From: Candidatus Korobacter versatilis
Lineage (GTDB): Bacteria > Acidobacteriota > Terriglobia > Terriglobales > Acidobacteriaceae
Assembly: GCA_016185395.1 (NCBI GenBank)
Contig: JACPNR010000009.1
Coordinates: forward strand, 295,843 to 359,842
Length of the DNA stretch: 64,000 nucleotides
Direction: 5' to 3'
Shown here: positions 1 to 9,384 of the stretch, piece by piece
Numbering within the stretch: the stretch's first letter is position 1
Layout: the number at the start of each line of letters is the position of its first letter
Made by a program: the position numbers and the translations under genes
Notes under the pieces: model-generated
Database searches by the model: none
What the model saw: only the letters and a program-made list of their open reading frames with translations
What the model was told of the DNA's origin: nothing

Positions 1-820
1 TGACGAGGATCTTGGCGATGGGAGCCTCGGTGCGGATCTCCACGCCGGCTTCGCGCGCCGCGTCCGCAATCGCATTCGAGATCGCGCCGGTGCCGCCACG
101 CGCGAATCCCCAGGCGCGGAACGCGCCATCAATCTCGCCCATGTAGTGGTGCAGCAGCACGTACGCAGTTCCGGGTGAGCGCACGCCGAGGAACGTCCCG
201 ATGATGCCGCTGGCGGACATCGTTGCCTTGAGCACGTCGGTCTCGAACCATTGATCGAGGTAATCCACCGCGCTCATCGTCATGAGCTGGACCTGGTTGT
301 ACTTGTCCTCGTAGTTCAGCCCCTGGAAGCGCTTGCCGAGGAAGAGCAGTTTGCCGATATCTTTGGGCGAGAGCTTCGTCGGGTCCGGCGGCGTCATGTT
401 GAGGATGGGTTTGACGAAGCGGCACATGTCGAGCATGGTCTTGCCGAACTCGTCGTACGCCTCGGCATCGAGGCGCGAGTGGCGCGCGATCTCGCGGCGC
501 GTCTTGCCATGGTCGTTCACGCGCCACAAGTGGTCGCCGTTCGGCATGGGCGTGAAAGTGCCGTCGAGCGGAAGGATCTCGAGACCGTGGCGCGGCAGAT
601 CGAGCTCGCGAATGATCTCCGGACGCAGCAGGGACACCACGTAGGACGCGACCGAGAACTTGAAGCCGGGGAAGATCTCTTCCGTCACGGCGGCGCCGCC
701 GAGCACGTGGCGGCGCTCCAGCACGATGACTCTCTTGCCCGCGCGTGCCAGGTAGGCTGCGGTGACGAGGCCGTTGTGGCCTCCACCGATGATGATCGCG
801 TCGTATTTCTGACTCGCCAC
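1..820 (-). CDS. NAD(P)/FAD-dependent oxidoreductase, phytoene-desaturase (CrtI)-like family. Only the 5' part is present; the C-terminus lies left of the window.
   Basis: Not in the ORF track because it runs off the window. My minus-strand translation from GTG (818-820) reads VASQKYDAIIIGGGHNGLVTAAYLARAGKRVIVLERRHVLGGAA..., a GxGxxG dinucleotide-binding N-terminus. The frame then stays open to position 1. The listed + ORF 251..826 is its mirror frame. Confidence 0.7.
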   Translation of the reverse strand, partial: MASQKYDAIIIGGGHNGLVTAAYLARAGKRVIVLERRHVLGGAAVTEEIFPGFKFSVASYVVSLLRPEIIRELDLPRHGLEILPLDGTFTPMPNGDHLWRVNDHGKTRREIARHSRLDAEAYDEFGKTMLDMCRFVKPILNMTPPDPTKLSPKDIGKLLFLGKRFQGLNYEDKYNQVQLMTMSAVDYLDQWFETDVLKATMSASGIIGTFLGVRSPGTAYVLLHHYMGEIDGAFRAWGFARGGTGAISNAIADAAREAGVEIRTEAPIAKILV

Positions 821-972
821 GGCTGACTCCTGCTCTGTTATCAGTCTCTCTGGGAACAGTAAAAGGCCGGCAGCGCGGATCAGAGGCCGCTGGGAAGGAC
901 GCACCAAGCTAGCAGGGTGGCTTTCATGCGAGAAGGCGATTCTAGCCGAGGTGCTGCGCTTTGTCTTGAAAA

Positions 973-1001
973 TTGCTCCGCCCGCGCGCGGAATCTATAA
1001 T
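973..1001 (+). promoter_or_regulatory. Sigma-70-type promoter candidate (-35 TTGCTC, 17-nt spacer, -10 TATAAT)
   Basis: TTGCTC at 973-978 and TATAAT at 996-1001, read directly. Followed by a GAGGGA Shine-Dalgarno (1024-1029) and an in-frame TTG (1036). Confidence 0.4.
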
Positions 1002-1035
1002 CGCGGGGACTCAAAGCCTTGACGAGGGATTCCGC

Positions 1036-2238
1036 TTGCCGATTGGAACCGCATTCCACGAACGCACCTTCCCGCTGTGCGAGAGCCTGAATTTCCGCGA
1101 GTGGTCGGGCTATTACACCGTCAGCGTCTATGAGACGCACCACGAGCACGAGTACAACGCCATCCGCAACGCGGCCGCGCTCATCGACGTCTCGCCGCTG
1201 TACAAGTACCGCATCGCTGGCAAGGACGCCACGCGCTTCGTGGACCGCGTGAACGTGCGCAACATCAAGAAAGTCAGCATGGGCCAGGTCATCTACACCT
1301 GCTGGTGCGATGAGCAAGGCAAGGTCGTGGACGACGGCACCATCTCCCGCCTCGCCGACAACGAATATCGTTGGACGGCCGCCGACCCTAGCCTGCGCTG
1401 GTTCCAGCAGAACGCGCTCGGCATGGACGTCTCCATCGAAGACATCTCCGAGCAAATGGCCGCCGTCGCGCTGCAAGGGCCGACCTCCGGCAGGTTGCTT
1501 TCGAAGATCACGACCGATGCGGACGTCCGCGCGCTGAAGTATTTCCACGTGACCGCGGGCAAGATCGCCGGCGTCCCGGTGGACATCTCGCGCACCGGTT
1601 ACACCGGCGACCTCGGCTACGAGATCTGGATGCCGTGGACGGACGCCGTAAAAGTCTGGGACGCGCTCGCCGCCGCGGGCCGCGAGTTCGACCTGCACGC
1701 CGCCGGCATGCTCGCGCTCGACGTGGCGCGCATCGAGGCGGGCCTGCTGCTCATCGAGGTGGACTACAACTCGAGCAAAAAGGCGCTCATCGAGTCGCAG
1801 AAATTCTCTCCGTTTGAGATCGGCCTCGGACGCCTCGTCCATCTCGAAAAAGAAAACTTTGTGGGCAAGCGCGCGCTGCTCGCAGAGCAGAAGCAAGGCT
1901 CGGCGCGGCAGCTCGTGGGGCTCGAGATCGACTGGACCGCCGTGGAGAGGGAATACGACGCCGTCGGACTTCCCCCGGTCGCACCGAGCACGGCATCGCG
2001 GGTGCATGTGCCCGTCTACAGCGGCGGCAAGCAGGTCGGGAAAGCGACTTCGACCACGTGGTCGCCGACATTGAAGAAGATGATCGCGCTTGCGAGCGTC
2101 GACACGCCACACGCCGAGCTCGGCACGAAGCTGCACATGGAGATCACCGTCGAGGCGATGCGGCGCACCGTGCCGGCGACGGTCGTGAGGATGCCCTTCT
2201 TCAACCCGCCGCGCAAGACGGCCACGCCGGCGTGGTAA
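1036..2238 (+). CDS. Aminomethyltransferase (GcvT-like) family folate-binding protein
   Basis: ORF track 973..2238. Family-typical ISRTGYTGDLGYEIW segment and overall GcvT-like layout. I moved the start to TTG 1036 because the promoter-like element and the SD lie inside the 973 extension. The start is uncertain; the end is firm. Confidence 0.8.
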   Translation: MPIGTAFHERTFPLCESLNFREWSGYYTVSVYETHHEHEYNAIRNAAALIDVSPLYKYRIAGKDATRFVDRVNVRNIKKVSMGQVIYTCWCDEQGKVVDDGTISRLADNEYRWTAADPSLRWFQQNALGMDVSIEDISEQMAAVALQGPTSGRLLSKITTDADVRALKYFHVTAGKIAGVPVDISRTGYTGDLGYEIWMPWTDAVKVWDALAAAGREFDLHAAGMLALDVARIEAGLLLIEVDYNSSKKALIESQKFSPFEIGLGRLVHLEKENFVGKRALLAEQKQGSARQLVGLEIDWTAVEREYDAVGLPPVAPSTASRVHVPVYSGGKQVGKATSTTWSPTLKKMIALASVDTPHAELGTKLHMEITVEAMRRTVPATVVRMPFFNPPRKTATPAW

Positions 2239-2245
2239 AGGCGAG

Positions 2246-2680
2246 ATGATCCGCTACCTCGATCGACTGCAACCCTTCGGAGTGCTCGTGCTGCGTCTGG
2301 TGTTGGGCGCGATCATGGCCGCGCACGGCTATCCCAAAGTTTTCGGCGGACTGCAGCATAACGCAGACGTGGTCGCGTCCCTGGGGATTCCCGGCTGGCT
2401 GGGGTACGTCTCGGCATTCGCGGAGTTCGGCGGCGGATTGTTCCTCGTCTTCGGCATCCTCACCCGCTTCGCCGCGCTGGTCACGCTGGTGAACATGCTC
2501 GTCGCGGTTGGAAAGGTGCACTGGAAGAACGGCTTCGTGGGACAGGGCAACTACCAGTTCCCGCTCGCGCTTGCGGCGATGGCGCTGCTGCTCATCTTCA
2601 CCGGCGGCGGGGCTGCCGCGCTCGACCGCTGGCTGTTCCGTCCGGGCGGCCCGCCGCGTTCCAAACCGAAAACCAGCTAG
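2246..2680 (+). CDS. DoxX family membrane protein
   Basis: 144 aa with four hydrophobic segments. The N-terminus LVLRLVLGAIMAAHGYPKVFGG is typical of DoxX. Confidence 0.8.
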   Translation: MIRYLDRLQPFGVLVLRLVLGAIMAAHGYPKVFGGLQHNADVVASLGIPGWLGYVSAFAEFGGGLFLVFGILTRFAALVTLVNMLVAVGKVHWKNGFVGQGNYQFPLALAAMALLLIFTGGGAAALDRWLFRPGGPPRSKPKTS

Positions 2681-2698
2681 CCTTCCCCAAAGAAAAGA

Positions 2699-2720
2699 GG
2701 CGCGGCTGGTTGGCCGCGCC
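2699..2720. terminator. GC hairpin between convergent genes (bidirectional intrinsic terminator candidate)
   Basis: GGCGCGGC (2699-2706), 6-nt loop, GCCGCGCC (2713-2720). There is an A-run upstream, which becomes a T-run on the minus strand after the cytochrome c gene. Confidence 0.55.
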
Positions 2721-2743
2721 TTCGTGATCGCCTTGCAGGGCCC

Positions 2744-3058
2744 CTACTTCTTCAGCGAACGGATGTACGCCACGATCTCCTTGGCCTGCTCCGGAGTCAT
2801 TCCCTTGGTCGCATAGTTGTGGGGGAACTTCTTGTGGCCCTCGGAGGTGAGGATGGCTTTCGACAGTTGATCGTCGGTCATCTTTTGCACGCCGGCGGAG
2901 GCGAAGTCGGGTGCGCCCATCTTCACGCCCGCCGGACTTCCCTTGCCGTCAGCGCCATGGCAGCTCTGGCAGCTCTTGGTGTACGTGGCCGGAGGTCCGC
3001 CGGCGAACGCGCTGCCAGCGGCAAGAACGAGTACGAGCAATAGGACGGTGATCCTCAT
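2744..3058 (-). CDS. Exported mono-haem c-type cytochrome
   Basis: Signal peptide MRITVLLLVLVLAAGSAFA and a single CQSCH haem-binding motif. Confidence 0.85.
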   Translation of the reverse strand: MRITVLLLVLVLAAGSAFAGGPPATYTKSCQSCHGADGKGSPAGVKMGAPDFASAGVQKMTDDQLSKAILTSEGHKKFPHNYATKGMTPEQAKEIVAYIRSLKK

Positions 3059-3213
3059 GAGGTGTCTCCTTACCTGCTTCTAGGCATGACGAGTCTCGCA
3101 CCTCGCACGCCAACCTAAGTAGGACAGGGGACACAACCGGATGTGAGCGCCGACACACATATAACTGTCTTGATATCAGCAGGTTAGGCTGATTCCATCT
3201 CCGGGTCGATGCC

Positions 3214-5418
3214 TCAAAACTTCGCCAGTTCGCTCATCGCGCGGTAGACATCTTCGGCCTGCGGAAGGATCTCGTCTTCGAGCTGCGGCTGGTAGGCGAC
3301 GAAGGTATCTTTCGCGGCGACGCGACGCACGGGAGCGTCCAGGTCCTCGAAGAGCTCGTCGGCGATGCGCGCGGCTATCTCCGCGCCGTAGCCCCAACTC
3401 AGCGTGTCCTCATGCGCGACGATCACGCGATTCGTCTTGCGGACGGATTCCGCGATGGCTTCCCAGTCATACGGATTGAGCGTGCGGAGGTCGAGCAGTT
3501 CGACGGAGACGCCTTCCTCACGCTCGATCTTCTGCGCCGCCTGCAGCGCGCGCGGTACCACCGCACCGTAGGTAACGACGGTGATGTCCGTGCCTTCTTT
3601 CCACGTGCGCGCTTTACCGAACGGCACCATGTAGTCCGGGCCAGGATAGGGCGCGCGTCCGAAGGGCTCGCGATAGAGGCGCTTGTGCTCGAAGAACAGC
3701 ACCGGGTCATCACAGCGGATGGCCGTCCGCAGCAGTCCGTTGGCGTCGAGCGCGTTCGAGGGGAACACCACGCGCATGCCGGGCGTGTGCGTGAAGAGCG
3801 ACTCGCCGCACTGCGAGTGGTAGATGGCGCCGCCCGTGAGGTATCCGCCGATGGCCACGCGGATCACCGCGGGCGAAGTGAAGTTGCCGTTCGAGCGCCA
3901 GCGGATGAGCGGCAGCTCGTTGCGCAACTGCTGCATCGCCGGCCAGATGTAATCGAAGAACTGGACCTCGGGCACCGGTTTCAGCCCGCGCGTCGCCATG
4001 CCGGTGGTGCGTCCAACGATGTTGGCTTCGGCGAGCGGCGAATTGAACACGCGCTCGCAACCGAACTCGGTCTGGAGGCCGGCGGTCAGCTTGAACACGC
4101 CGCCCTTGCCCTTCACCTGCTTCTGCTCGAGATAGTCTTTGCGCGAGCAGTCGGCCACGTCTTCGCCGAAGACGACCACGCGCTCGTCGCGCCGCATCTC
4201 GTCGCGCAAGCACGCGGTGATGAGGTCGGCCATCGTCTTGTCGCCGCCGTCTTTCGCCGGTTCATTCGCGAACGGACCCGAAGACGGGTCGACGTCGGGC
4301 GAATAGATCTGCTGCGTCCACGAGCCCGGCGCGGGCAGCGCGGCGGCGAGTGCGCGGTCGGTGGCTTCCTGTATCTCGTCGTCCACCGCCTTCTCCAGCG
4401 CGTTGATCTCTTTTTCCTCGAGGATGTTCTCGCGGATCATGAACATCTGCATGCGCGTGATGGGGTCGCGCGCCGCGTCCTTCTGGCGCTCGGAATCCGG
4501 GCGGTACAAACGCTCGTCGTCCGAGAGCGAGTGCGAGTATGGGCGGATGACTTGTCCGTGGACGAACGCCGGGCCCTTCCCCGCGCGGCAATGGTCCACC
4601 GCCTTCGAGAGCGCGGCGTAGCTTGCGACCGGGTCGGTGCCGTCGCACTCCGCGAAATGGAAGTTGGGGAAACCCGCAACCAGCTTCGACACGTTGCCGC
4701 CCGCGGTCTGCACTTCCACCGGCACGGAGATGGCGTAACCGTTGTCTTCGACCAGGAAGAGCACCGGAAGCTTCAGGTTGGAGGCCGTGTTCATCGCTTC
4801 CCAGAACTCGCCTTGGCTCGTGGTGCCCTCGCCGCAGGAAACGTAGACGACTTCGTCCGCGTGGAAGATCACGTCCTTAAAGGCGCGGTAGTCGCCTTCG
4901 TGCTTCTTGGCGGCTTCCGGATGCTGCGCGAAGAACCGTCCGGCCTCGGCGCAGCCCACGGCTTGCAGGAATTGGGTGCCCGTCGGCGAAGACTGCGTCA
5001 CGATGTTCAGCTTCTTGTGGCCCCAGTGCGAGGGCATCTGGCGGCCGCCCGAGTTCGGATCATCGGCCGCACCGACGGCCTCGAGCAGTTGCTCATAGGG
5101 CGACATCCCCAGCGCGAGGCACAGCGCGCGGTCGCGATAATAAGGATAGAACCAGTCGTAGCCCGGCTTGAGCGCGGCAGCCGCGGCGACCAGCAGCGCC
5201 TCGTGTCCCGCGCCGGATATCTGGAAGTAGATCTTCTGCTGGCGCTTGAGCAGGATCTCGCGGTCGTCCATGCGCCGCGAGAGGAACATCAGGCGATACA
5301 TGTCGACGAGCTGCTTGCGCGTCAGCCCCTGCCACGTGCGCTCCGCCTTCGCTTCGCCCTTCTGGGGCGGCTGCTCTGCTTTGGGCGCGGGCTTCGGCTC
5401 GGCTTTCGTGGTCGCCAT
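3214..5418 (-). CDS. 2-oxoacid dehydrogenase E1 component, fused alpha and beta subunits (TPP-dependent)
   Basis: 734 aa. The N-terminal half is alpha-like ([18 protein letters not shown]-binding segment). The C-terminal half is beta-like ([20 protein letters not shown]). Confidence 0.9.
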   Translation of the reverse strand: MATTKAEPKPAPKAEQPPQKGEAKAERTWQGLTRKQLVDMYRLMFLSRRMDDREILLKRQQKIYFQISGAGHEALLVAAAAALKPGYDWFYPYYRDRALCLALGMSPYEQLLEAVGAADDPNSGGRQMPSHWGHKKLNIVTQSSPTGTQFLQAVGCAEAGRFFAQHPEAAKKHEGDYRAFKDVIFHADEVVYVSCGEGTTSQGEFWEAMNTASNLKLPVLFLVEDNGYAISVPVEVQTAGGNVSKLVAGFPNFHFAECDGTDPVASYAALSKAVDHCRAGKGPAFVHGQVIRPYSHSLSDDERLYRPDSERQKDAARDPITRMQMFMIRENILEEKEINALEKAVDDEIQEATDRALAAALPAPGSWTQQIYSPDVDPSSGPFANEPAKDGGDKTMADLITACLRDEMRRDERVVVFGEDVADCSRKDYLEQKQVKGKGGVFKLTAGLQTEFGCERVFNSPLAEANIVGRTTGMATRGLKPVPEVQFFDYIWPAMQQLRNELPLIRWRSNGNFTSPAVIRVAIGGYLTGGAIYHSQCGESLFTHTPGMRVVFPSNALDANGLLRTAIRCDDPVLFFEHKRLYREPFGRAPYPGPDYMVPFGKARTWKEGTDITVVTYGAVVPRALQAAQKIEREEGVSVELLDLRTLNPYDWEAIAESVRKTNRVIVAHEDTLSWGYGAEIAARIADELFEDLDAPVRRVAAKDTFVAYQPQLEDEILPQAEDVYRAMSELAKF

Positions 5419-5497
5419 CGATGTCCTTTGATATATGGGGTAGGCTGACTGCCTATTGTAAATCGCTGCACGAGCGCGGCGATATACTCACCTTGCG

Positions 5498-6193
5498 ATG
5501 ATCAAGGTGAATCGCCCCATCCCCGCAGACAAGATCAAGCTCGTCATCTTCGACCTCGACGGCACGCTGGTGGATTCCCGCCTCGACCTCGCCAACTCCA
5601 TCAACGCCATGCTCAGGCATTACGGCAAGACGGAGCTGCCCTGCGACGTGATCTCGGGGTACATCGGCGATGGCGCGCCCATGCTCGTGCGCCGCGCGCT
5701 CGGCGATCCCGATGACGAGAAGTTCGTCGCGGAAGCGCTCACCCATTTCCTCGGCTGGTATCGCGAGCACAAGCTGGACAACACTTACGTCTATGCCGGC
5801 GTGAAAGAGGCCCTGGCCGCCATCGCCAGGCCCGGCAATGGCGGAGGGCGCAAGATGGCCGTACTCACCAACAAGCCCGTGCGTCCCTCGCAGATGATCG
5901 TGGACGCGCTCGGCCTCGGCGGTTTCTTCACCCAGGTCTACGGCGGCAACAGCTTCCACACCAAGAAGCCGGACCCGGAAGGCGCGCGTGTGTTGTTCGC
6001 CGAGTACGGCGTGAGCCCGGAAGATGCGGTGATGGTCGGCGATTCCGAGATCGACGTCCTCACCGCGCGCAACACCGGCATGTACTCCGTTGGCCTGAGC
6101 TACGGCTTCGCACCGCACACGCTCGCTCACGTCCCCCCGGACGTGCTGGTGGATACGCCGGAAGAAATGGCGCAAGTCCTCGCCACCAAGTAA
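5498..6193 (+). CDS. HAD-superfamily hydrolase, phosphoglycolate phosphatase-like
   Basis: Motif I FDLDGTLVDS, motif III K (HTKKPDP) and motif IV GDSEIDV. Confidence 0.85.
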   Translation: MIKVNRPIPADKIKLVIFDLDGTLVDSRLDLANSINAMLRHYGKTELPCDVISGYIGDGAPMLVRRALGDPDDEKFVAEALTHFLGWYREHKLDNTYVYAGVKEALAAIARPGNGGGRKMAVLTNKPVRPSQMIVDALGLGGFFTQVYGGNSFHTKKPDPEGARVLFAEYGVSPEDAVMVGDSEIDVLTARNTGMYSVGLSYGFAPHTLAHVPPDVLVDTPEEMAQVLATK

Positions 6194-6237
6194 CTCTTCC
6201 GCAGCTCCTGGCTTTCGCTTACACTCCGCGCAACACC

Positions 6238-6840
6238 ATGGAAGATACCGGGCTCACAGCGGCGGAGTTGCGCAAGCTGCGCGCACTCAAGACGCCCGCC
6301 GGCATCCAGCGCTATCTCGAGACGCTTCCCTACCACCTCGCGCCCACGGCGTGGTCCCCGCAGCGCGTGCTACGCGAGGGCACGGCACACTGTCTCGAGG
6401 GTGCGATCTTTGCCGCGGCCGCGCTGCGTGCCATCGGATATCCGCCGCTCATCTTCGACATGGAAGCCGAGCACGATACCGACCACGTGATGGCCATCTA
6501 CCGCGACGGCGGACACTGGGGCGCCATCGCGAAATCCAACTGGACCGGCTGCCGCGGACGCGACCCCGTGTTTCGCACCCTGCGCGAGCTGGCGATGAGC
6601 TACTTCAACATCTACTGCAATTTCCGCCATGAGCGCACGCTGCGGACCTACTCGCGTCCCGTCAACCTCGCGCGCTTCGACCGTCGCCACTGGATGGTCG
6701 CGAAGGATGTGTGGTTCATCGCCGAGCACCTCTGCGACATCCCGCACACCCGCCTGCTCAAGCCGGGCATGAAGCGCCGCCTCACTCGCGTGGACGAGCG
6801 CCTGTTCAAGGCCGAACTCACTGGACATCTCTACAAGTAA
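6238..6840 (+). CDS. Hypothetical protein, possible transglutaminase-like Cys/His fold
   Basis: 200-aa ORF with coding-like composition. It contains GTAHCLEGAIFAAAAL followed by DHVMAIY, a Cys...His arrangement. Family not recognised with certainty. Confidence 0.55.
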   Translation: MEDTGLTAAELRKLRALKTPAGIQRYLETLPYHLAPTAWSPQRVLREGTAHCLEGAIFAAAALRAIGYPPLIFDMEAEHDTDHVMAIYRDGGHWGAIAKSNWTGCRGRDPVFRTLRELAMSYFNIYCNFRHERTLRTYSRPVNLARFDRRHWMVAKDVWFIAEHLCDIPHTRLLKPGMKRRLTRVDERLFKAELTGHLYK

Positions 6841-6940
6841 CTCCTTCCCTTCTCGCCGAATACGAGCGCACATCCGTTTGTGACATCGGTCACATCCGCC
6901 GTCCCCTGCCCAGCGGACAATCAGACATCACGAGGGTGAG

Positions 6941-7852
6941 ATGTTTCCTATCGTTGCGGCGCAGGAGCTGGCCAAGGACATCAAGCGGCTCACGCTGTTC
7001 GCGCCACGTATCGCGCGCCGCCACCAGCCCGGGCAGTTCGTCATCGTGCGCGTGCACGAGCACGGCGAGCGCATCCCGCTGACCATCGCTGATTCCGATC
7101 GCGAGAGCGGACACATCACCATCATCGTGCAGACGGCCGGCAAGACCACTGCCCTGCTCAACATGCTCGAGCCGGGTGACTGCCTGCTCGATGTCGTCGG
7201 GCCCCTGGGGAAGCCATCCGAGATCGAGCGCTACGGCAACGCGGTCGTCATCGGCGGCGGCGTCGGGACGGCCATCGCCTACCCCACCGCGCGCGCGCTC
7301 CACGCCGCCGACAATCACGTTACCGCTATCGTCGGCGCGCGCACGCGCGACCTGCTCATCCTCGAATCCGAGATGCGCGCCGCGACTGACGAACTGCTCG
7401 TCATGACCGACGACGGTTCCTATGGCGAAAAAGGTTTCGTCACCGACGCGTTGCGCCGCCTGATGGCCGAGCGCAGGCTCGACTACGTCCTCGCCATCGG
7501 TCCGGTGCCGATGATGAAGGCCGTCGCCGAAGTCACGCGCCCGCAAGCCATCCATACGTTCGTCAGTCTGAACGCCATCATGGTCGACGGCACGGGAATG
7601 TGCGGCGGATGCCGCGTGAGCGTCAACGAGGGCAGCCAGTTCGCCTGCGTCGACGGCCCGGAGTTCGACGCGCACCGCGTGGACTTCGACGTCCTCTCCC
7701 GCCGCAACCGGCAGTATCGCTCGCTCGAAGCCGAGTCCATGGCTGCATTCCATGCCGACCCGACGCCGGACCTCGAACTGATGCGCGCCGCCGGGCAGCT
7801 CACCCGCGAGATCGGCCCGCATCCCGCGCGGATGCGGAGCGTGGCGCGATGA
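6941..7852 (+). CDS. PyrK/NfnA-like FAD/NAD(P)-binding oxidoreductase subunit with a C-terminal 2Fe-2S Cys cluster
   Basis: RHQPGQFVIV flavin-binding segment and GTGMCGGCRV...FACVDGPEF Cys cluster. ATGA overlap with the next gene. Confidence 0.8.
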   Translation: MFPIVAAQELAKDIKRLTLFAPRIARRHQPGQFVIVRVHEHGERIPLTIADSDRESGHITIIVQTAGKTTALLNMLEPGDCLLDVVGPLGKPSEIERYGNAVVIGGGVGTAIAYPTARALHAADNHVTAIVGARTRDLLILESEMRAATDELLVMTDDGSYGEKGFVTDALRRLMAERRLDYVLAIGPVPMMKAVAEVTRPQAIHTFVSLNAIMVDGTGMCGGCRVSVNEGSQFACVDGPEFDAHRVDFDVLSRRNRQYRSLEAESMAAFHADPTPDLELMRAAGQLTREIGPHPARMRSVAR

Positions 7853-9333
7853 ACAAGCCCGTGAATCCCAACAATCCGCTCACGCTCAAAGAGAGGATGC
7901 AGCTCGACCGGCAACCCATGCCCGAGTGTCCGGCGGCGGAACGGGCGCACAGTTTCACCGAGGTGAACCAGGGCTACGATCCTCAGCTTGCGAATTGTGA
8001 GGCGATGCGCTGCCTGAGCTGCGCCAAGCCAACGTGCGTGGTCGGATGCCCCGTCGGCGTGAAAGTGAAAGACTTCATCGACCTGATACTGGCCGGAGAT
8101 TACCTCGGCGCGGCGGCGAAGATCCGCGAAGACAACGTGCTGCCCGCCATCACCGGACGCGTGTGCCCGCAGGAAGACCAGTGCGAAGGCGGATGCGTCG
8201 TTGGCAGGAAGAAAGAATCCATCGGCATCGGGAACCTCGAGCGCTTCGTGGCGGATTACGAGCAGCGCACCGGCGCCGTCGGTCTGCCCGAGCGCGCGCC
8301 GCGGACCGGCAAGCGCGTCGCCATCATCGGCTCGGGCCCGGCAGGACTCAGCTGTGCCGGCGACCTGGTGCAGCGCGGACACGAGGTCCGCGTCTTCGAG
8401 GCGCTGCACGAACTGGGCGGCGTCCTCGCTTACGGCATCCCGGAATTCCGCCTGCCTCGTGCCGTGCTTCATCAGGAGCTGAGGAACCTGGAAGCGATGG
8501 GCGTGGAGTTCGAGACCAACGTCGTCGTGGGACGCACCGTCACCATCGACGACCTGCTCGGCAACGAGGGATACCACGCCATCTTCGTCGCGACCGGCGC
8601 CGGCCTGCCGCAGTTCATGAAGATCCCCGGCGAGGACTTGAACGGCGTGTACTCCGCCAACGAGTTCCTCACGCGCGTGAATCTGATGCGCGCCTATCGC
8701 CACCCTGACTACGACCAGCCGGTGTACGACTGCCGCGACCAGGAGGTCGCCGTGGTCGGTGGCGGCAACACCGCTCTGGATGCGGCCCGAACGGCCCTCC
8801 GCATGGGCGCCAGAACCGTGAACCTCATCTATCGGCGCAGCGCAGCCGAGATGCCGGCACGCAAGGAAGAAGTGCGGCACGCGGTGGACGAAGGCATCCA
8901 CATCATGCACCTCACCAATCCCGTCGCGTATCTCGGTGACGAGCGTGTGCGTTCGGTGCGCGCGGTGAAGATGGCGCTCGGCGAACCCGATGAGTCCGGG
9001 CGCCGCCGCCCCATGCCGGTGGAAGGCTCGGAGTTCGAGGTTCCCGCGAGCATCGTGATCGTCGCCGTCGGCACCACGGCAAATCCGCTGGTGCAGGCGA
9101 CCACGCCCGGCCTCGCGACCACGAAGCGCAACTACATCGTCGCCGATCCCAAAACGCTGCGGACCTCCCGCGAAGGCGTGTTCGCCGGCGGCGACATCGT
9201 GACTGGCGGCGCCACGGTCATTCTCGCCATGGGCGCCGGACGCAAGGCCGCCCAGTCCGTCCATGAATGGCTCACCACCGGCGTTTGGCAGATGGATCCG
9301 CCCGCCCAGATCACTTCCACACCTGCCGTATAA
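7849..9333 (+). CDS. GltD/NfnB-like NADPH-dependent oxidoreductase (glutamate synthase small-subunit family)
   Basis: CLSCAKPTCVVGCP and CPQEDQCEGGC Fe-S motifs. Two Rossmann segments (IIGSGPAGL, VVGGGNTALD). Start set at ATG 7849 (MNKPVNP), which overlaps the upstream stop. The track start at 7600 is an out-of-gene extension. Confidence 0.88.
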   Translation: MNKPVNPNNPLTLKERMQLDRQPMPECPAAERAHSFTEVNQGYDPQLANCEAMRCLSCAKPTCVVGCPVGVKVKDFIDLILAGDYLGAAAKIREDNVLPAITGRVCPQEDQCEGGCVVGRKKESIGIGNLERFVADYEQRTGAVGLPERAPRTGKRVAIIGSGPAGLSCAGDLVQRGHEVRVFEALHELGGVLAYGIPEFRLPRAVLHQELRNLEAMGVEFETNVVVGRTVTIDDLLGNEGYHAIFVATGAGLPQFMKIPGEDLNGVYSANEFLTRVNLMRAYRHPDYDQPVYDCRDQEVAVVGGGNTALDAARTALRMGARTVNLIYRRSAAEMPARKEEVRHAVDEGIHIMHLTNPVAYLGDERVRSVRAVKMALGEPDESGRRRPMPVEGSEFEVPASIVIVAVGTTANPLVQATTPGLATTKRNYIVADPKTLRTSREGVFAGGDIVTGGATVILAMGAGRKAAQSVHEWLTTGVWQMDPPAQITSTPAV

Positions 9334-9384
9334 TAGAGGATTGCTCACGCGCCGATTTTCGGCTCTGAGAGTCTTCTCTTTCTT

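Noticed and set aside
3412-5448. 678-aa + strand ORF
   Set aside because: It is antisense to the well-supported E1 alpha/beta gene. Its translation is Arg/Ala/Gly/His-rich with no motifs, the typical mirror-frame artefact of GC-rich DNA.
7600-7848. Upstream extension of the GltD/NfnB-like ORF (track start 7600)
   Set aside because: The extension lies inside the preceding gene and is Arg/Pro-rich. ATG 7849 overlaps the upstream stop and begins recognisable sequence.
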